This document shows, piece after piece, positions 58,498-64,000 of a stretch of DNA of 64,000 nucleotides. Positions within the stretch are counted from its first letter, which is position 1. Every line of letters starts with the position of its first letter. Under the pieces are notes generated by a model. It made no database searches, was not told where the DNA came from, and saw only the letters and a program-made list of their open reading frames with translations. The DNA comes from an uncultured bacterium (GTDB lineage: Bacteria; Patescibacteriota; Minisyncoccia; Phycocordibacterales; Phycocordibacteraceae). Made by a program: the position numbers and the translations under genes. Where the stretch lies: NCBI GenBank assembly GCA_963851445.1, contig CAWKPH010000001.1, positions 617,363 to 681,362 of the forward strand, given 5' to 3'.

Positions 58498-58803
58498 TTG
58501 ATAAATCAATCAGAGAGCGAGGCCAAGAGGGCTGAACGACATAAGAGCCTGATGAATCGCTTCCATCTTTCACAAGATGGAGTTGAGCTCCTTTTGCGAG
58601 AGGTGCATAGGCGTTTAACGGCCGGAGAAATAGATCTGAGCAGATTTTTCTGTCTGTATTACGGAAGATCTGGATCTAAATGTTTCCCTTTTGTGCAGAT
58701 TTGTTCTGTAATGAGAATCAGTCGTCGCACGGCTCAGAACTACAAAGATTCAATTATGAGGACAATTCAGAAAATTTGCACTCCCAACGAATCTCGGACC
58801 TGA
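58498..58803 (+). CDS. small hypothetical protein, possible HTH
   Basis: 101 aa. The C-terminal segment (MRISRRTAQNYKDSIMRTIQ) resembles a sigma-region-4-type HTH. Weak. Confidence 0.3.
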   Translation: MINQSESEAKRAERHKSLMNRFHLSQDGVELLLREVHRRLTAGEIDLSRFFCLYYGRSGSKCFPFVQICSVMRISRRTAQNYKDSIMRTIQKICTPNESRT

Positions 58804-59330
58804 TTGGATACAGACGATCGTTTCTCGTCTCTTTTACAGCTTTTACAAGAGCTGTTTTTCTTTTTGCGTTGCCTTTTATACGACTTTCGGATTTTTATAT
58901 AAAAGAAAAGATCGCTCACCCAGTGGCAAGCGATCAAGTAAATCTAATTTTGTAGACGCGGATAAATTGGTGATGAGCTACCCTCCCGGTAGATGCCTCT
59001 TCCACCCTCAAATTCAAATTCTCCTTGAACGAGAGGATATGAGATTTCAAGATACTCCGCAACATGTATGCGCGCTTCAGTATCTGAGGCAGCGAAAAAA
59101 AGATACGGTTTACGAGCCCTACTCTGGAACTCTAATCGATGAGTCGGATCGCGTTCCAGCAAATCCGAGACACCTGGCGGCGGTTGCTTGGCATTATGCT
59201 CAAGCACAGCTATTTCTTGATGAGGCATAAGCCCTCCGTGTAAATGTCTCGAGTGACTTTACTTCTTAGAATGAATTTGTCTAGGTCTTGTCTGCGACAC
59301 ACCCGCATCTAATCGGGTATACTTTTTCAT

Positions 59331-59645
59331 ATGGATAATCCAGTTCACATTCCTGCTCGAGGATTCTATGTCCACTACAAACACGATCCTAATGGGGATT
59401 TGCACAACTACATGTATGAAGTCATTGGTATTGGACGAAATACTGAAGAGAAAACCTATACTGTCTTATATAGACCGCTTTATAAAAATGATTGGATGGC
59501 TCCTGCTGACTACCAATCCAGACCCCTCGATATGTTTATGGAAAACGTTCTTAAAGAAGGGGTTTCCATACCACGATTTACTCTCATTACTGATCCTGAG
59601 CTAATATCAGAGCTTGAGACGGTAAAAGCCCAACTGTACGGATAG
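59331..59645 (+). CDS. DUF1653-like protein
   Basis: GFYVHYKH…YEVIGIGRNTEE…YRPLY…RPLDMFMENV…RFTLI fits the DUF1653 pattern. Confidence 0.5.
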   Translation: MDNPVHIPARGFYVHYKHDPNGDLHNYMYEVIGIGRNTEEKTYTVLYRPLYKNDWMAPADYQSRPLDMFMENVLKEGVSIPRFTLITDPELISELETVKAQLYG

Positions 59646-59776
59646 TAAGGGAAAGTTCGATGCTCCGTCCGTGCATGAAGTGGGAACATCTTTGGCATAA
59701 ACTTCACAAATTGCAGACCTCTCTCAAAGAGAGTATTGTTCTCTTGGAATCAACCCCAGATGAGGAATAGTTCTAC

Positions 59777-60172
59777 ATGTATACGAAGGAACAAGTGAAA
59801 GCTGGTATCCTCGGTCTTTGCACTCCCGATTCGCAGGATCTACGAACGGCCATCAGCTACGAGCTTCTTCTGACGGCCACTCCCGCAGTCGCCACAGAAC
59901 CTGCAGTTCGTGAGATTCTCGACAGAGCCGAAACTATTCGAGCCTATGTTATCGAGGACCCGACGAATCATGTCCACTTCGGTTCCTTCTACGACCCCCA
60001 AGGTCCTGAGCCGCAGTGTGATGTCTATATCGTGGGTAACCACGATCTCTCTCTACTCGGCGGCTTCGACGAGACGGGCAAAGCCTATCTTCTTCCTAAT
60101 CAAGTTCCCAGCGAGGAATTGCTGACTCTTGTCGGACAGGTGGACGAGAATCTCAAACGCGCCATGGCCTAA
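59777..60172 (+). CDS. hypothetical protein
   Basis: 131-aa ORF with protein-like composition and no motif. Confidence 0.4.
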   Translation: MYTKEQVKAGILGLCTPDSQDLRTAISYELLLTATPAVATEPAVREILDRAETIRAYVIEDPTNHVHFGSFYDPQGPEPQCDVYIVGNHDLSLLGGFDETGKAYLLPNQVPSEELLTLVGQVDENLKRAMA

Positions 60173-60362
60173 AACAACGACACAGCATACCGTACCCGGC
60201 AAGGTGCGGTTCTTTCTTTTTATATGGAGTTCACACATTCACTGGCTCTGCCTTGCGTTTGAGGTCAGAAGCCCTCAAATACTGCATCTTAGCTTGAATC
60301 GAATTTTTATACTTATCCCCACAGCACGATAATGTTATCTAGATTGATGCTACATTAACTTT

Positions 60363-60989
60363 ATGAAAAGAAACACGAAGAAAAATTCGAATTTGTCCCT
60401 CACCATTACATTGGTTGTTGTCGGAGTGATCCTTACTACAGGCTCGGCATATGCTTTAAGTGGCACGCTGCCACGATTGAATCTGGCTGCGGCTGCGGCT
60501 TCGAGTCTCCCCACCACAACAGCAACCGCTCCCACCACTGCTACGACCCCTTCATACCACTCCTTCTCATATTTAGGTCTTGATAAAGGAGCATATGGAC
60601 CAGAGCAGGACGTGAGCGCTCAAACATCAGGAGGGAATATCACAATTACGGTATATTCGAATCAGGCAGAAATAGCTCGACTTGTGAAATATGTAAATGC
60701 AAATTCAAATGGAGGTGCGCCAGCCTACCTAAATTACTACATCATTCCTGGTGTGGTTAAACAGGGTCAAGCATTTCGCGTTGAGTTCGATTCTCCTGGA
60801 GAGACATGGATGGAGCCAAAAAACAACAACTTGGTTACGACACTAACTCCAGACTTCACGCAATATCTCTTACCAACTGGTTATTACACAGTTTTACTCG
60901 ATGTCAGAGCTGCCGATTCGAGCTTCAATCTATCCGATTATATTTACATCAAAATAAACAATACAGCCGAATGTGTCCTAAAGGGATAA
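60363..60989 (+). CDS. secreted hypothetical protein
   Basis: Signal peptide (LSLTITLVVVGVILTTGSAYA), a Thr/Ala-rich linker and a beta-rich domain. Confidence 0.5.
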   Translation: MKRNTKKNSNLSLTITLVVVGVILTTGSAYALSGTLPRLNLAAAAASSLPTTTATAPTTATTPSYHSFSYLGLDKGAYGPEQDVSAQTSGGNITITVYSNQAEIARLVKYVNANSNGGAPAYLNYYIIPGVVKQGQAFRVEFDSPGETWMEPKNNNLVTTLTPDFTQYLLPTGYYTVLLDVRAADSSFNLSDYIYIKINNTAECVLKG

Positions 60990-61658
60990 GCCCTCATTTA
61001 GGCCCCGCACGATAATAGAGGACGTTAGAACGTGTATACGAATATAAAAAAGTAGACCCCGCGATTGCTCGCAGGGCCCGGTGCGGTCTAGACCGCAAAT
61101 TCGTTTATGGTGCCGATTACTTTCCAGCGGCCTTTACGACCACTGACTCGGCGATCGACGATGTACCAGAAGCTCGTTTGAACATTCTCGCTCAGTGTCT
61201 GAGTGGGTTGAATCTCGAGCCCGGGGCATTGGCGCCTCAAGAGGCGTTGTCCGAAGTCAATGCTCCTCCCGTGCCAGTGCTTCAATCTTCGTTCCCGCGA
61301 GTAGCTCACACTCTCTAGTGTCTTGTACTGATCAGGTTCGACCTGATGACGGAAGTAGCTGAGGATTTCAGTGATTCGATAGTCAAACGTTTGCATCGCA
61401 AGCTCCTTTCAAGATGTTGCAAGAAAGTTGCTCACGCCCCTCTCAAAGTACTTTCACCTCCTTTCTATAAGCGTTCGGGGAGGGTAACCCCTTACCTAGT
61501 AAAACTGCTAGGAATGTATAATATATTAAATCAATATCGGTATTTGTCAAGTATGCTCCATCTCATGTATGAGGTTAGAACCTGTACCCATATATACAAA
61601 GCTTGACTCCTTATGCTTGTGTATTATTATTTATGTTCCGAACTATAAGGAGGCTCTT

Positions 61659-61883
61659 ATGGCCGAAGTCGTGAATATCAGCGCTGGCTCTGCGCGGAAG
61701 CGCTTCCGTAAAAGGCTTAGCAGGTGTGATCGTCTCTGGGAATCTTTCTTGTGGTGGTGTTCTTTTTCTTCCGTCAAGCACATCAAGCCAGTTGGCTTGT
61801 ACGGCGCTCGACACTACGGACGTCTTTCGGGGAAGTATGGTAATCCTGACGAGGAACTCGTCCGGGTTCCTCTGTACTCGTAG
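61659..61883 (+). CDS. small basic hypothetical protein
   Basis: 75-aa ORF preceded by TTGACT-N16-TATTAT-like promoter elements and a taaggagg RBS 7 nt upstream of the ATG. Confidence 0.3.
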   Translation: MAEVVNISAGSARKRFRKRLSRCDRLWESFLWWCSFSSVKHIKPVGLYGARHYGRLSGKYGNPDEELVRVPLYS

Positions 61884-62046
61884 CGCTAGCATTCGCTTAC
61901 TTCAAGCACAAGAAGGCCGAAAACCCACACGGGGGAGTAGGCTTTTTTCTTTGTCTGAAGGTCAAAACCTCTACATGTTCAACGCTCCGCCTGATAGAGG
62001 ACGCTAGAACATGGGTGGTATGAGGAAACTCATACCAAATAACAAA

Positions 62047-62763
62047 TTACAGAGTACTCAGCGGTTGCAGTGGTTGGGAGGGTAGAGCGACATCTGCACA
62101 ATCGGTCCCTGTAGCAGTGCCTAGGGGATATGGATTACCCCAACAGTACACATGGTTTTTGTCACTCGCTTTAGAATAGTATCCTGGGGCTTCCGTAAAA
62201 GTCGCTATGTCAGCGCCGGGTATAACGGACCCATCCCAATACGCTGCGTGCGCATCAAGCGCATAATCTCCCTCGATTAAGTCTTGAAATGTCATTGGAT
62301 CCGCATTGGGAATAACCACTCCAAGATAATAAACATAATTTTTATCTAACGCATACCCCTCTGCATCTGTTGCCGAAGGAAGATCAATAAATGTAGCCGG
62401 GTCCGCCATCGGTAGGCTGTGAGCCATTTCATGCTCAACATAGAAAATTGAAGAGCCGTCATAGTAGTACGCGAATTTTATTCTAGAAAAGAAATCACTA
62501 GATCGACTTGTGGTCGGCTGCGAAGCTAGAAGAGTGCCAGAAGCTATGGGGTGGAAGGATGCAGAAGCCGTCTGGGCAGTAGAATGATTTGTGCTAACAG
62601 TGGTGGCAGCAGGTGCTGGCGTTGTTGTCGGCGAAGTTGTGGCTACTGTCACCGCACTTGGTGTGTTTGCAGATTGAGTAAAGTACCAGTACGCACCCCC
62701 ACCCACAATTACAACTACCAATACTATGACGAGCACAGAAAGCAAGCTTTTGGAATTAGACAT
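62047..62763 (-). CDS. secreted protein with HExxH motif and DKNYY-type repeats
   Basis: N-terminal TM/signal (LLSVLVIVLVVVIVGGGAYWY), a Thr/Pro/Ala linker, HEMAH, then repeats DKNYVYYLG…ADPMTF / DKNHVYCWG. Confidence 0.5.
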   Translation of the reverse strand: MSNSKSLLSVLVIVLVVVIVGGGAYWYFTQSANTPSAVTVATTSPTTTPAPAATTVSTNHSTAQTASASFHPIASGTLLASQPTTSRSSDFFSRIKFAYYYDGSSIFYVEHEMAHSLPMADPATFIDLPSATDAEGYALDKNYVYYLGVVIPNADPMTFQDLIEGDYALDAHAAYWDGSVIPGADIATFTEAPGYYSKASDKNHVYCWGNPYPLGTATGTDCADVALPSQPLQPLSTL

Positions 62764-62943
62764 GTTGCGAGGCTATATGTATAGATTTGAAAATACAATA
62801 AAGTATTAGATGTGTCCAGGATGCATTGGGTATATTACATTCTTATTGCTCCACATGATGGAGACCTTGGAACCTGTTTGGTATGAAAATGAAGAAGTCC
62901 CGTCGAGGCAGAACCTCTTCGGGACTTAGAGCGCTGCTTAGGT

Positions 62944-63168
62944 TCAGGCGACGACACGGTCCTTGAGCCAGGGGTAGGCGGCTGGGAGTAGGTCGACGAG
63001 CTTGAACTCCGGGTCCCAGTCGACCTGATTCCGATCAGCTTCCGTAAACCTGACGGTGACGTCGGGGTCCGCTTCGGCCAGACACGCAGGACAGGGAACT
63101 TCTGGAATGCCATGCTTTACGCATGCCCCTTCCTTGTGAAACCAGTGGGGACTGTCGAGTTCGGGCAT
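62944..63168 (-). CDS. small hypothetical protein (Cys-containing)
   Basis: 74-aa ORF in a locally GC-rich stretch, with CxxC…CPAC cysteines. Confidence 0.3.
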   Translation of the reverse strand: MPELDSPHWFHKEGACVKHGIPEVPCPACLAEADPDVTVRFTEADRNQVDWDPEFKLVDLLPAAYPWLKDRVVA

Positions 63169-63284
63169 AAGCCTCTCCTTGAGCTAAAATGAATGGGTAC
63201 AAACGGATTTAGATCCGAAGGTTCTCTTTATCTATATCATTTAAATATATTTTGTCAACCCTGTTCTGCATGCCGGAATCGAAA

Positions 63285-64000
63285 CTATAGCCAGTGTCTT
63301 CGCTTTGCAAAGAAAATTAGAAAACCAGTGATAAAAGCAATGAGAAGAATGACAATCCAAAACGCATCAGGTGTATGTGCGAAGGGCACTCCAGGAATAG
63401 ACATTTGGAAAAGCGCAACAACAAGCGAGAGAGGCAAGATGATGAACATAACAGCAGTGAGATTCTTCATCACTTCATTCTGCGAGGCGCTGAGAAGAGA
63501 GTCATTTGTTATACGTAACTCAGTTGCGACGTCCCTATACGATCCAATAAGCGTAGCGACATGCTCGCGTTCGGCATCGATGTGTGCGCTCCGCTTAGCA
63601 AAGCTCTTTCCAAAGAATGCCGGCTCCGACAGTTCAGCCAAAAGAGAGGAAAGCGATTCCGAGTGCCGTCCGATAGTTGTATCGAACCGGAGCAGAATGC
63701 GATTCATATTTGAAATAGTTCTCACCGTCGAACGTTCCTTGCCATTGAAAATATCTTCTTCAATGTAATCGAGTTTTTTACGAATTGAATCAACCTCCTC
63801 TCGAAGAGCTCCATAGAGGCGTCGAAGAATACGCTCAAGAAGAACATCAGCCGTGCTAGACGCTACTGGAAGCCCCAGGAGTTCTTCAGCTTCAAATACT
63901 TTATGAAGGCCGTGGATGCTCCCGATTGATTCATAGCGAGCAGTAATGACAAAGTTCTTGCCTATGACAAAATCAATCTCCTGAGTTCTTGCTTCTCCAG
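63285..64000 (-). CDS. corA: CorA-family divalent cation transporter-like protein (5' end beyond window), with non-canonical selectivity motif
   Basis: The C-terminal two-TM region (…LTAVMFIILPLSLVVALFQMSIPG…WIVILLIAFITGFLIFFAKRRHWL) aligns with CorA TM1-loop-TM2, with QMS in the place of GMN. The reading frame stays open upstream of 63725 to the window edge (…FVIGKNFVITARYESIG…). Confidence 0.55.
   Translation of the reverse strand, partial: GEARTQEIDFVIGKNFVITARYESIGSIHGLHKVFEAEELLGLPVASSTADVLLERILRRLYGALREEVDSIRKKLDYIEEDIFNGKERSTVRTISNMNRILLRFDTTIGRHSESLSSLLAELSEPAFFGKSFAKRSAHIDAEREHVATLIGSYRDVATELRITNDSLLSASQNEVMKNLTAVMFIILPLSLVVALFQMSIPGVPFAHTPDAFWIVILLIAFITGFLIFFAKRRHWL

Noticed and set aside
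58944-59230. Overlapping 94-aa (-) and 87-aa (+) ORFs
   Set aside because: Neither frame has any recognisable motif, and I cannot choose a coding strand. They are left uncalled.
63193-63768. 191-aa plus-strand ORF
   Set aside because: It runs antisense to the CorA-like gene, whose TM and loop pattern is recognisable.

Overview
This 64-kb bacterial window has about 50% GC overall, with an AT-rich 1.9-kb stretch at the left edge. Coding density is high. The gene content looks like a small-genome bacterium, possibly Patescibacteria/CPR-like, but that is inference only.

Three blocks can be told apart:

(i) 1-9.5 kb: envelope and secreted proteins — a LamG-domain protein, a PG-binding protein, a CAP-domain protein and large polytopic membrane proteins — plus a translationally coupled pair of unknown genes.

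(ii) About 9.9-25.45 kb: an accessory island made of two tandem integrative elements inserted at the 3' end of a tRNA on the minus strand, probably tRNA-Asn(GUU).
- Element A (about 9.87-15.8 kb) carries a Prim-Pol/P-loop replication protein, a tyrosine integrase, an HTH protein and a large serine recombinase.
- Element B (about 15.78-24.85 kb) is bounded by imperfect ~30-bp direct repeats of the tRNA 3' end, with GGGCAACC tandem repeats on both arms.
- Element B carries a diversity-generating retroelement (DGR): a target gene with a C-terminal VR, a TR that differs from the VR only at adenine positions, an Avd on the opposite strand, and an RT that appears truncated before the YxDD motif.
- It also carries a histidine phosphatase, a RepA-like ATPase, an excisionase and an integrase.
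- The tRNA itself is split by a ~550-nt intervening sequence encoding an HNH endonuclease.

(iii) 25.6-64 kb: core housekeeping genes.
- grx-hpf, def-fmt, priA (helicase motifs degenerate) and murA.
- Two mreB paralogues, the second in an mreBCD-mrdA cluster.
- holB, frr, rseP, gmk, proS, greA and lysS.
- mraZ-rsmH-ftsL-ftsI-murF, with ftsI interrupted by two frameshifts at homopolymer runs.
- tRNA-Glu, an FN3-repeat secreted protein, yqeY, rmuC, rplU, recR-dnaB-cysS.
- Several secreted and hypothetical proteins, and a corA-like gene running off the right edge.

All calls are from reading the sequence and remembered family motifs; no searches were run.
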